From Nitrosopumilus sp. (GTDB taxonomy: Archaea > Thermoproteota > Nitrososphaeria > Nitrososphaerales > Nitrosopumilaceae): a stretch of 64,000 nucleotides of DNA. The translations under genes and the position numbers were made by a program. The stretch is from contig OY759726.1 in NCBI GenBank assembly GCA_963662625.1, positions 320,001-384,000 of the forward strand. Direction: 5' to 3'. Shown here piece by piece: positions 48,319 to 56,842 of this stretch. The number at the start of each line of letters is the position of its first letter. Positions within the stretch are counted from its first letter, which is position 1. The notes under the pieces were generated by a model. That model saw only the letters and a program-made list of their open reading frames with translations, was not told the origin of the DNA and ran no database searches.

Positions 48319-49741
48319 GGGCAGCGTAACCACGATAATCCGCAAGGTCGTGTTCAGGGCCGAGCCGTACATCCCCCAGGTACCGAAGCCGAAAAAGAAG
48401 ATCCCGCTGTCCATGAGGCTGCTGTGGTGCGGGGTCGCGCTGCTGATCTACATGGTGATGGGCCAGACCCCGCTGTTCGGGGCGACCGCCCCGGAATTCG
48501 ACTTCCTGCAGTTCGCCAGGGTCATATTCGCCTCGCAGCAGGGGACGCTGGTCGAGCTGGGGATAGGGCCGATCGTGACGGCGGGCCTGCTGATGCAGCT
48601 GCTGCGCGGCTCGGAGATCCTCAAATTCAACTTCAGGAACCCCGAGGAGAGGGGGATATTCCAGACCGCGACCAAGCTGGTGACCTACATCGTGATCGTG
48701 GCCGAGTCCATAGTGTACGCCATAGCGGTGTACGGCCCCGGGATAACCGAGCCCCACGTGATGTACATCATGATAGGGCAGCTCATGGCCGCCTCGATAA
48801 TCATCATGTTCCTCGACGAGCTGATCCAGAAGGGCTGGGGCCTGGGCAGCGGGATCAGCCTGTTCATCATGGCAGGGGTGGCGCAGCAGATCCTGTGGAG
48901 CCTGTTCAGCCCGCTGCCGGCCGGGGACGGCGGGACGATCGGCATACTACCGTACATCGGCCAGTCGGTCATGAACGGCGACCTGTCCAACGTGTTCTTC
49001 CGCTCGAACCAGCTTCCCAGCATCTTCGGGCTGCTCCTCACGGCAGGCGTGCTGCTGATACTGGTGTTCACGCAGGGGATGAAGGTCGAGATCCCGATCG
49101 TCTCGACAAAGTACAGGGGCTTCTCGGCGGTATACCCGATCAAGATGATGTACGTCTCGAACATACCCGTGATCCTGGCGTCGGCGCTCACCGCCAACGC
49201 CGTCTTCATCGGGCAGATGCTCTGGGCCAACATGAACCCGCGGAACAACAACTTCTTCATGAACATACTCGGGCAGTTCGACCCCACGAGCCCGTCCACG
49301 CCGATCGGGGGGCTGATCTACTACATCACGCCGCCCAGGGGACTGGAGGTCGCCGCCGAGGATCCCGGACGCGCGGTGGGATACGTGCTGTTCATGGTGG
49401 CCATAGTGATCGTGTTCGGGAGGCTGTGGGTGGAGCTCGGCGGCCTGTCGCCGAAGAGCGCGGCGCAGAACCTGCTCGACGCGGACGTGCAGATCCCGGG
49501 ATTCAGGCGGTCCAACAAGCCCGTCGAGGCGCTGCTGAACAAGTACATCCCGTCCGTCACGCTGATAGGCTCGGCCATCCTGGGGGTGCTGGCCGGCGTG
49601 TCCGACGTCCTGGGGGTGTTCGGCTCCGGGATCGGGGTCCTGCTGATGGTAGATATTCTTATTAACTATTACACCCAACTGGTGAGGGAACAAGTAGAAG
49701 TCGTGATGCCTCGGCTAGGAGCCTTACTTGGAAGAAAATAA
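48311..49741 (+). CDS. secY: Protein translocase subunit SecY
   Basis: ELGIGPIVTAG, GLGSGISLFI, YVSNIPVI, IPGFR. Confidence 0.96.
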   Translation: MAEGSVTTIIRKVVFRAEPYIPQVPKPKKKIPLSMRLLWCGVALLIYMVMGQTPLFGATAPEFDFLQFARVIFASQQGTLVELGIGPIVTAGLLMQLLRGSEILKFNFRNPEERGIFQTATKLVTYIVIVAESIVYAIAVYGPGITEPHVMYIMIGQLMAASIIIMFLDELIQKGWGLGSGISLFIMAGVAQQILWSLFSPLPAGDGGTIGILPYIGQSVMNGDLSNVFFRSNQLPSIFGLLLTAGVLLILVFTQGMKVEIPIVSTKYRGFSAVYPIKMMYVSNIPVILASALTANAVFIGQMLWANMNPRNNNFFMNILGQFDPTSPSTPIGGLIYYITPPRGLEVAAEDPGRAVGYVLFMVAIVIVFGRLWVELGGLSPKSAAQNLLDADVQIPGFRRSNKPVEALLNKYIPSVTLIGSAILGVLAGVSDVLGVFGSGIGVLLMVDILINYYTQLVREQVEVVMPRLGALLGRK

Positions 49742-50306
49742 GAGAGTGATAATGGCAGGAATACCCGGAGTCGGGAAGACCACGCTACTCAAGAAGCTCG
49801 TCGGGTCATTCAAGGACCGCGGCATGAAGGTCAGCGTCAACAGCTTTGGCACCGTGATGTTCGACGTCGCGCAGGAGAACGGGGTGCAGAGCAGGGACGA
49901 GCTGCGCAAGCTGCCCCTGTCCGAGCAGCAGCGGCTCCAGAGGACCGCCGCCGAGAAGCTGGCGAGGCTCGGGGACGACATAGTGGTGATAGACACGCAT
50001 GCGTTCATCAGCACCCCGGAGGGGTACTATCCAGGCCTTCCGGCGCATGTGCTGGAGATCATACAGCCCACCAGCTTCATCTCGGTCTCGGCAAAGCCCG
50101 AGGAGATCTACAACAGGCGGATGAACGACGCCACGAGGAGCCGGGACGTGATCACCCTGACCCGGATCAAGAAGGACCTGGACGTGCAGGCAGGCATGAT
50201 CTCCTCGTGCGCGGTGATAACCGGGACCCCCATCGTGTTTATCTCAAACGACCAAGGCAGAGTGGACGAGGCGGCCGCCGACATCATGGCGGCGCTGGGG
50301 GTGTGA
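49728..50306 (+). CDS. adkA: Archaeal adenylate kinase
   Basis: GIPGVGKTT, RDELRK, IDTH, YYPGLP. Confidence 0.92.
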   Translation: MEENKRVIMAGIPGVGKTTLLKKLVGSFKDRGMKVSVNSFGTVMFDVAQENGVQSRDELRKLPLSEQQRLQRTAAEKLARLGDDIVVIDTHAFISTPEGYYPGLPAHVLEIIQPTSFISVSAKPEEIYNRRMNDATRSRDVITLTRIKKDLDVQAGMISSCAVITGTPIVFISNDQGRVDEAAADIMAALGV

Positions 50307-50310
50307 AGGC

Positions 50311-50952
50311 ATGGAGCCCGGATCCGTCCTGCTGTTCTTGGACTCGCTCTTCCTGCAGGGCGACGGCGGCGGGTTCTTCGACTTCATGGGCGGCCGCGCG
50401 GGCGCGCTTGGCAGCGACGACCCGATGATCCAGGGGCTCATCGCGTCGATGTTCGCCGTGGCCGGGTTCGGGATACTGCTCAACCTGTTCAACTCGGGGG
50501 TCAGGAAGAAGATGGTGGACCAGACGAAGCTCAGGAGGATAATGAAGGAGACCCGGGCATGGCAGAAGGAGAGGATCGCCGCGATGAGGGCAAAGGACCA
50601 GGCCAAGACCAGCGAGCTCAACAAAAAGTCCGCCTACATGAACAAGATGTCCATGGAGATGATGCAGATGAACATGAGGCCGATGATGATAACGTTCGTC
50701 CCGCTGATCCTGATATTCTACCTCGTGCTGCCGCAGCTGTTCTCGTACACCGTGGCGCTATCCCCCATACCGCTGAACGTGATCCCCGGCGACTTCTTCC
50801 AGCTCACGTGCACCGCCGGGCAGGCGGCGGATCCAGAGCACGTCTGCACCGACGAAAACTCGCTGTACCTCTGGGCGTGGTACTTCCTCTCCTCCATCGC
50901 CTTCAGCGGCATCATAATGAAGCTCACAAAAACCTCGATGGATCTCAGTTGA
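50311..50952 (+). CDS. DUF106 / EMC3-TMCO1 (Oxa1 superfamily) membrane insertase
   Basis: Met-rich coiled coil, RPMMITFVP, WAWYFLSS; conserved position after adk. Confidence 0.88.
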   Translation: MEPGSVLLFLDSLFLQGDGGGFFDFMGGRAGALGSDDPMIQGLIASMFAVAGFGILLNLFNSGVRKKMVDQTKLRRIMKETRAWQKERIAAMRAKDQAKTSELNKKSAYMNKMSMEMMQMNMRPMMITFVPLILIFYLVLPQLFSYTVALSPIPLNVIPGDFFQLTCTAGQAADPEHVCTDENSLYLWAWYFLSSIAFSGIIMKLTKTSMDLS

Positions 50953-51509
50953 AAAAGTCAATCGTGATCTCCGGGCCGCCAGCAGTGGGGAAGACTACCG
51001 TGGCCAAGGGGCTGGCAGAGGAGTTCGGCATAACGTACATCAGCGGCGGCGACGTCCTGAAGGAGATGGCAAGGGAGCATGGCTACGACTCCGTCGGCGA
51101 CGACTGGTGGGACACGCAGGAGGGGCTAGACTTCCTCGGCAAGCGGGAGGAGAACCCGGAGTTTGACAAGAGGCTTGACGGCAAGCTGATGGAGCTGTTC
51201 GCCAAGGGCGGGTTCGTCATCACCAGCTACACCCTCCCGTGGCTGGTCGACGACGGGATCAAGATATGGCTGGAGGGCTCGCATGCCAGCAGCATAGAGA
51301 GGATGCAGAACAGGGACGGCATGAGCCCGGAGGAGGCGTCCAGCATCACCAAGCAGAGGTTCGACAAAAACAAGGACCTCTACAAGAGGATATACGACTT
51401 TGACTTCGGGGCCGACGAGTCGGTGTTCGACGCGGTGATCAACACGGACAGCCTTACGGCAAGGCAGGTGATCGGCGTCGCGACCGAGACCGTGAGGAAG
51501 ATGCTGTGA
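50949..51509 (+). CDS. cmk: Cytidylate kinase (archaeal)
   Basis: ISGPPAVGKTT, SGGDVLKE; TTG start inferred. Confidence 0.88.
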   Translation: MKKSIVISGPPAVGKTTVAKGLAEEFGITYISGGDVLKEMAREHGYDSVGDDWWDTQEGLDFLGKREENPEFDKRLDGKLMELFAKGGFVITSYTLPWLVDDGIKIWLEGSHASSIERMQNRDGMSPEEASSITKQRFDKNKDLYKRIYDFDFGADESVFDAVINTDSLTARQVIGVATETVRKML

Positions 51510-52507
51510 CGCTCAAGCAGCTGCGCGGCCTGGAGGTGGTCGACCAGGACGTCACCGACGACAAGTACGGCACGTACTACGACCGGCGCTCGGTGGAGCA
51601 GCTGCTCCGCTACGGCCTGATAATACTGGACAAGCCGCCCGGCCCCACCAGCCACGAGACTGTCGCGTGGGCCAAGAGGATCATGAAGCTCCCGAAGATC
51701 GGCCACAGCGGGACGCTTGACCCCCAGGTGTCGGGGGTGCTGCCGCTGGGACTCGGCGAGGCGACAAAGGCGCTGGGGGTCCTGCTCTACGGCCCAAAGG
51801 AGTACCAGGCGCTGGGCAGGCTCCACTCCCTCCCGGCGAAGGAGAAGCTTGACCTGGCGATCGACGCGTTCCGGGGGGAGATATACCAAAAGCCGCCGCA
51901 GCGCTCGGCCGTCCTGCGGCAGACGAGGACGAGGACGATCTACGAGCTGGAGGTACTGGAGCGAAAGGAGAGGCTGCTGCTGGCCCGCGTGCTGTGCGAG
52001 GCCGGCACGTACATCAGGAAGCTGTACTACGACATCGGGGAGGTCCTCGGCCCCGGGGCCACGATGATCGAGCTGCGCCGGACGCGGGTGCACCAGTTTT
52101 CCGAGGCCGACGGGTTGGTGACGCTGCACGAGCTCGCCGACGCGTTTGCGCTGTGGGAGGAAGAAAAGGACGACTCCAAGCTGCTCCGGACGATACGGCC
52201 GGTCGAGCACGCCCTCAGCGAGATGAAGTCGGTGGTGATCAGGGACTCGGCGGTGGACGCGATGTGCCACGGCGCGCAGCTGGCGATCCCGGGAGTCCTC
52301 GAGGTCTCGCCCGGCCTCAGGAAGGGCGACGCCGTGGGGGTGTACACGCAGAAGGGCGAGGCGGTGGCGCTCGCCGAGTCCGTGATGTCCGAAGCGGAGA
52401 TCAAGGACGCCACGAAGGGCTACGCCCTTGAGACGAGGAGGATCATCATGGCGCCCGGCACCTACCCCCGGAAATGGCGGGCCAGGGCCTCCGCCCCAAA
52501 GGAATAA
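51506..52507 (+). CDS. cbf5: H/ACA pseudouridine synthase Cbf5
   Basis: DKPPGPTSH, GHSGTLDP, CEAGTYIR, PUA domain. Confidence 0.95.
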   Translation: MTLKQLRGLEVVDQDVTDDKYGTYYDRRSVEQLLRYGLIILDKPPGPTSHETVAWAKRIMKLPKIGHSGTLDPQVSGVLPLGLGEATKALGVLLYGPKEYQALGRLHSLPAKEKLDLAIDAFRGEIYQKPPQRSAVLRQTRTRTIYELEVLERKERLLLARVLCEAGTYIRKLYYDIGEVLGPGATMIELRRTRVHQFSEADGLVTLHELADAFALWEEEKDDSKLLRTIRPVEHALSEMKSVVIRDSAVDAMCHGAQLAIPGVLEVSPGLRKGDAVGVYTQKGEAVALAESVMSEAEIKDATKGYALETRRIIMAPGTYPRKWRARASAPKE

Positions 52508-52533
52508 AACTTTGGAAAACGACCCCCCTGCAG

Positions 52534-52980
52534 TTGCCTGCAAAAAGCCTCGTGATCTTCGTAGCGGTGGGAGTCGCGGCGGGGCTGGCGCTCGGGGCCT
52601 ACCTGATCGACGCGCGGCAGGAGGGCCAGCCCGCATTCGTCGAGGGGCCGTCGCTGTCGGTGGTCACCGAAAAGTCCGACTTTAAAAGGGGCGAGCAGAT
52701 AAGGATAAGGATCGTGAACTCTGGAACGGTGCCGCTGGAGTTCCCGGACGCCTCCTACGGGCTCAGGATCACGGGGCTGTCTGGGATGCTGATGTACGCG
52801 CCGGTGTCGGCGCAGGTGGCGTCAGGCCTGGAGCCGCGCGACGAGGTGGAGTTCGTCTGGGACCAGGTCAAAAACGACGGGGATCCGGTTCTGGAGGGGC
52901 TCTACAAGATCCACTCCGGGGGGTCGGACCCGCAGGGAAACGCGGTCGAGAGGTCGGTCACCGTGGCCGTCTGGAAATAG
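52534..52980 (+). CDS. Hypothetical membrane-anchored protein with an Ig-like domain
   Basis: N-terminal TM, beta-rich body (FVWDQ..GLYKI); start uncertain. Confidence 0.7.
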   Translation: MPAKSLVIFVAVGVAAGLALGAYLIDARQEGQPAFVEGPSLSVVTEKSDFKRGEQIRIRIVNSGTVPLEFPDASYGLRITGLSGMLMYAPVSAQVASGLEPRDEVEFVWDQVKNDGDPVLEGLYKIHSGGSDPQGNAVERSVTVAVWK

Positions 52981-52998
52981 GGCCCCCGGGTAACACAA

Positions 52999-53006
52999 TA
53001 TATAAT
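52999..53006 (+). promoter_or_regulatory. TATA box for tRNA-Ser
   Basis: TATATAAT about 35 nt upstream of the tRNA. Confidence 0.6.
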
Positions 53007-53040
53007 CAAATCCCGCCGAATAACACTGTCACACGACAGT

Positions 53041-53140
53041 GCCGGGGTCGCCTAGCCTGGTAGGGCGCGCGCCTGGAATTAACTACCATAGAGCGCGTTC
53101 TCGCAAGGGAACGGGAGTTCAAATCTCCCTCCCGGCGCCA
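53041..53140 (+). tRNA. tRNA-Ser(GGA) with a 13-nt anticodon-loop intron (about 53079-53091) and encoded CCA
   Basis: Acceptor GCCGGGG/TCCCGGC, anticodon stem CGCGC/GCGCG with CT-GGA-A, long variable arm, GGGAG-TTCAAAT-CTCCC, G discriminator, CCA. Confidence 0.93.
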
Positions 53141-53210
53141 TCATCATGCGGCAGGCCCGGCCGAAGCCGGGCCCGGGGGGTGCCGGATTCCGGCCGCGCG
53201 GGGAACCTGC

Positions 53211-53720
53211 CTAGTTGAGGATCTTGAGGCTCCTGCATATGGAATAGAGCGTCCTCTTCAGGTTCTTGTCCACAAGCGTGTCCATCCTGTGGCGCAGGAC
53301 GCGCTTTGCCTCGTCCCTTTCGGCGCCCGGCGGGAGCGACAGGACGTTGTTGATAAGCTCCGGCAGGGACTCGCGGATCCACCCGTCCAGCATGGAGTAT
53401 ATCTTGGGGGGCAGCAGGTCGCACTTGTCCCTGTCCAGGTCGATCACCTCGGCAAAGTTCTCGTGCTCCACCCTGTACACCAGCGCCAGTATTATGTTGT
53501 CCGGGGTCGGGTGCTGCAGGATCTCCACGGAGCGCTCGCCAGTCTTTCCCTGGGCGATCTTGTTCTTGAGGCCCACCGGGTCTATTATTATGCCGTTGAC
53601 CCCCACCTTGCGCCCGTCGACCCCGGTCACTATGCCGAACACGAAGTCGTTGTACTCGCCGTTGGGCCTGGTCGAAAACACGTGGACGCCCTCCTTCAGG
53701 ACTGGCTTTCTGCCAAACAT
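53211..53720 (-). CDS. Hypothetical protein
   Basis: 169-aa ORF with host-like codon usage and natural composition; no motif recognised. Confidence 0.75.
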   Translation of the reverse strand: MFGRKPVLKEGVHVFSTRPNGEYNDFVFGIVTGVDGRKVGVNGIIIDPVGLKNKIAQGKTGERSVEILQHPTPDNIILALVYRVEHENFAEVIDLDRDKCDLLPPKIYSMLDGWIRESLPELINNVLSLPPGAERDEAKRVLRHRMDTLVDKNLKRTLYSICRSLKILN

Positions 53721-53760
53721 GGTACAGGTCAGTCGTGCGGCGCACTTAATATGTCTTGAA

Positions 53761-53991
53761 CTACCGCCCGCCCCTGCTGAGCTCCGCCTCCCTCATGAGG
53801 TCGTCCTGTTCCCGGATTGCCCTGCTGAGGCGCTTCGACTCGCGGTCCTTGCCGGTGCATGTGAAGGCTCCGCCGTCGTACCTGTAGTGGGCCGAGCCGT
53901 CCTGGTTCTGCCACTGCAGCTTGTTGGCGTACGGGTGCATGTACCTCGACATCCTGCACACCAGCCTCTCGCCGCACTTGTGGCAGACCAT
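53761..53991 (-). CDS. Small putative zinc-binding protein
   Basis: MVCHKCGERLVC...LQWQNQDGSAHY...C. Confidence 0.55.
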   Translation of the reverse strand: MVCHKCGERLVCRMSRYMHPYANKLQWQNQDGSAHYRYDGGAFTCTGKDRESKRLSRAIREQDDLMREAELSRGGR

Positions 53992-54154
53992 GGCTGCCCC
54001 CTCGCGCTTCTCCGCCACGACTCGGCACGCGTTCCCAAACAATAAGACTGTTCCGCGCACCCGCGGCGTCCCCCGCCCCCGGGCCGCCCGAGCTCCGGAA
54101 ATGCCGGGAATCCGATTAGTTAATTCTTAATACTGGGATTATGCAGGCACTGCG

Positions 54155-56842
54155 TTGGAAAAAAACGAGCTGCTGAGGGAGTTCTCGGCGGATCCCGACA
54201 GGTACTACCGCGTGGACCTCTTCGAGGAGCACGGGTTCGACAGGAGGCAGTGCGCCAGGTGCCGCAGGTACTTTTGGACGCTGGATCCTGGGAGGGACAT
54301 GTGCCCCGACGACGCGCCCGACACCTACTCGTTCATAGGCGATCCGCCCACCACGGAGAGGCTCGACTACGCGCGGTCCTGGGAGCGCATCGAGGAGTTC
54401 TTCGTGGAGAACGGGCACTCGTCCATACCGAGGTACCCGGTAGTCTGCAGGTGGCGGGACGACCTGTACTTTACGATCGCGTCGATCGTGGACTTTCAGA
54501 GGGTGATGGGCTCCAAGGTCGTGTTCGAGTTTCCCGCCAACCCGCTGGTCGTGCCGCAGACGTGCCTGCGGTTCAAGGACCTGGAGAACGTGGGCGTCAC
54601 GGGGCGGCACTTTTCGAGCTTCTGCATGGTCGGGCAGCACAGCGTCGCCGGCGGCGACGGCGGGTACTGGAAGGACAGGTGCATCGACCTGGACTTCAGG
54701 CTGCTGACCGACCGGTTCGGGATAGGCAGGGAGGAGGTGGTCTTCGTGGAGGACGTGTGGGCCGGCGGGGGCTCGTTTGGCTCGTCGCTGGAGTACTTTG
54801 TGAGGGGGCTGGAGCTGGGAAACGCGGTGTTCACCGAGTTCCAGGGGGACCTGGGCAGGCACTCCGTCCTTGACCAGAAGATCATCGACATGGGCGCGGG
54901 CCTGGAGCGCTTCGCGTGGGTCACGATGGGGACCCCGACGGCGTACGACTGCTGCTTCGGCCCGATCAACGGCATGCTGCTCGGGGAGCTGGGGCTGGAC
55001 ACGGACTCCCCGTGGCTCCCGGGATACTTTACGGAGGTCGCAAAGGCGCTTGAGCGCTTCGGCGACCTCAACGACGTGAGGCGCCACGCGACGAAGCGGG
55101 CAAACCTCTCGGACGGCCAGCTGGACAGGGTGGTCGCCCCGCTGGAGGGGGCGTACCTGATAGCGGATCACCTGAGGACGCTGATCTTCGCGATCGCGGA
55201 CGGCGCGCTGCCGAGCAACGTCGGAGGGGGCTACAACCTGAGGATGATGCTGCGGCGGATCAACGGCACCGCCAGGAGGCTCGGCCTGGGCCTGGACCTC
55301 GCCGCCCTGGTAGACGCGCACGTCGACTACCTCATGGGCATGTACCCGGAGCTCGACTCAAAGCGCGGGGACGTCAAGGCGATCCTCGAAATAGAGTCGC
55401 GGAGATACGAGGAGTCCAAGGCGCACATGAGGAAGAAGGCCGACAGGATCCGGGAGCGCGGGATCCCCACGGTGGACGATCTGATCACTCTGTACGAGTC
55501 AGACGGAATAACGCCGGACTACCTCAGGGAGGTGCACGCGATATCGGAGATACCGCCCACGTTCTACTCCAGGCTGTCCGACCTGCACCAGTCCGCGAGG
55601 AAGAAGGGCGCCGCGGAGCTCCCGCCGATGGACGTGCCCGAGACCGACGCCCTGTTTTACAAGGACGACCCGATGGAGTTTGAGGCCCGGGTCCTCAGGG
55701 CGTTCGACGGATGCGTGGTGCTCGACAGGACGTCGTTCTACGCCCGGGGAGGGGGCCAGGAGCCCGACCACGGGACGATAGCCGGGTTCGAGGTGACCGA
55801 CGTGGACAGGCACGCGGGGGTCATCGTGCACAGGCTGCGGGGCGGGACGCCGGCCGAGGGCCGGACGGTGGAGTGCAGGGTAGACGCGCAGAGGCGCATG
55901 GACATCACGAAAAACCACACCGGCACGCACATACTCAACGCGTCGTCGCGGGAGGTGCTGGGCTCCTGGGTCTGGCAGCACTCGGCGTTCAAGGACCGCG
56001 ACCACGCCAGGCTGGACATCACCCACCACTCGTCGCTCACCGACGCGCAGGTGAGGCAGATCGAGGACGCCGCGAACGGCATGGTGGGGGAGGATCTCCC
56101 GGTGGGGGTGCAGTACCTCGACAGGGGCTCCGCGGAACGGAGGTACGGGTTCAGGATCTACCAGGGGGGCGTCGTGCCGGTAAAGTCTGTGCGGATAGTG
56201 TCAATCGGGGACAGGGACGTCGAGGCGTGCGGCGGGACGCACGTGGGAAAGACCGGGGAGATCGGGCTGATCAAGATAACCAGGACGAAGCGCATACAGG
56301 ACGGGGTGGTCAGGCTGGAGTTCGTGTCCGGCCCTGCCGCGTTCGAGTACGCCCGGCTCCAGCGGGCGAGGGCCGAGGAGCAGAAGGAGCTAGACGCGGG
56401 CAGGGAAAGGCTCGAGAGGGAGCGCGGGGAGAGGCGGCGCAAGGCGAGGGAGGCGATGCCGGCGCTCCTGTCCAGGATCCTCGCGGGGGAGGCAGGCGAC
56501 ATAGAGGGGATCCAGGTGAGCGACGGGATGTGCTTCACGGCAAGCGACCGGTACGACGAGTTCTTCCACGTCGACTTCGGAAGGAGGGTGGCCGGCGAGG
56601 CGGCCGGCTCGGCATACTGCGGGATATTCGACTCGGGGCCGACTGTCCGGGTGGTGGTGTGCTGCGGCGGGCAGTCCGGCAAGGACGCGGGGGACGTCGC
56701 AAGGCGGGTCTCGGCGGTACTCGGCGGCTCCGGCGGCGGGGACGCGGGGTTCGCGCAGGGGGGCGGAAGGGACACCTCCAAAAAGGGCCAGGCGGTAGAG
56801 CTGGCACGATCGATCATGCTGGGGCGGGAAGATGGGGGCTGA
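54155..56842 (+). CDS. alaS: Alanine--tRNA ligase
   Basis: RYPVVCRWRDD, GLELGN, DHLR, editing domain HTGTH...CGGTH, GGG...AQGG. Confidence 0.96.
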   Translation: MEKNELLREFSADPDRYYRVDLFEEHGFDRRQCARCRRYFWTLDPGRDMCPDDAPDTYSFIGDPPTTERLDYARSWERIEEFFVENGHSSIPRYPVVCRWRDDLYFTIASIVDFQRVMGSKVVFEFPANPLVVPQTCLRFKDLENVGVTGRHFSSFCMVGQHSVAGGDGGYWKDRCIDLDFRLLTDRFGIGREEVVFVEDVWAGGGSFGSSLEYFVRGLELGNAVFTEFQGDLGRHSVLDQKIIDMGAGLERFAWVTMGTPTAYDCCFGPINGMLLGELGLDTDSPWLPGYFTEVAKALERFGDLNDVRRHATKRANLSDGQLDRVVAPLEGAYLIADHLRTLIFAIADGALPSNVGGGYNLRMMLRRINGTARRLGLGLDLAALVDAHVDYLMGMYPELDSKRGDVKAILEIESRRYEESKAHMRKKADRIRERGIPTVDDLITLYESDGITPDYLREVHAISEIPPTFYSRLSDLHQSARKKGAAELPPMDVPETDALFYKDDPMEFEARVLRAFDGCVVLDRTSFYARGGGQEPDHGTIAGFEVTDVDRHAGVIVHRLRGGTPAEGRTVECRVDAQRRMDITKNHTGTHILNASSREVLGSWVWQHSAFKDRDHARLDITHHSSLTDAQVRQIEDAANGMVGEDLPVGVQYLDRGSAERRYGFRIYQGGVVPVKSVRIVSIGDRDVEACGGTHVGKTGEIGLIKITRTKRIQDGVVRLEFVSGPAAFEYARLQRARAEEQKELDAGRERLERERGERRRKAREAMPALLSRILAGEAGDIEGIQVSDGMCFTASDRYDEFFHVDFGRRVAGEAAGSAYCGIFDSGPTVRVVVCCGGQSGKDAGDVARRVSAVLGGSGGGDAGFAQGGGRDTSKKGQAVELARSIMLGREDGG

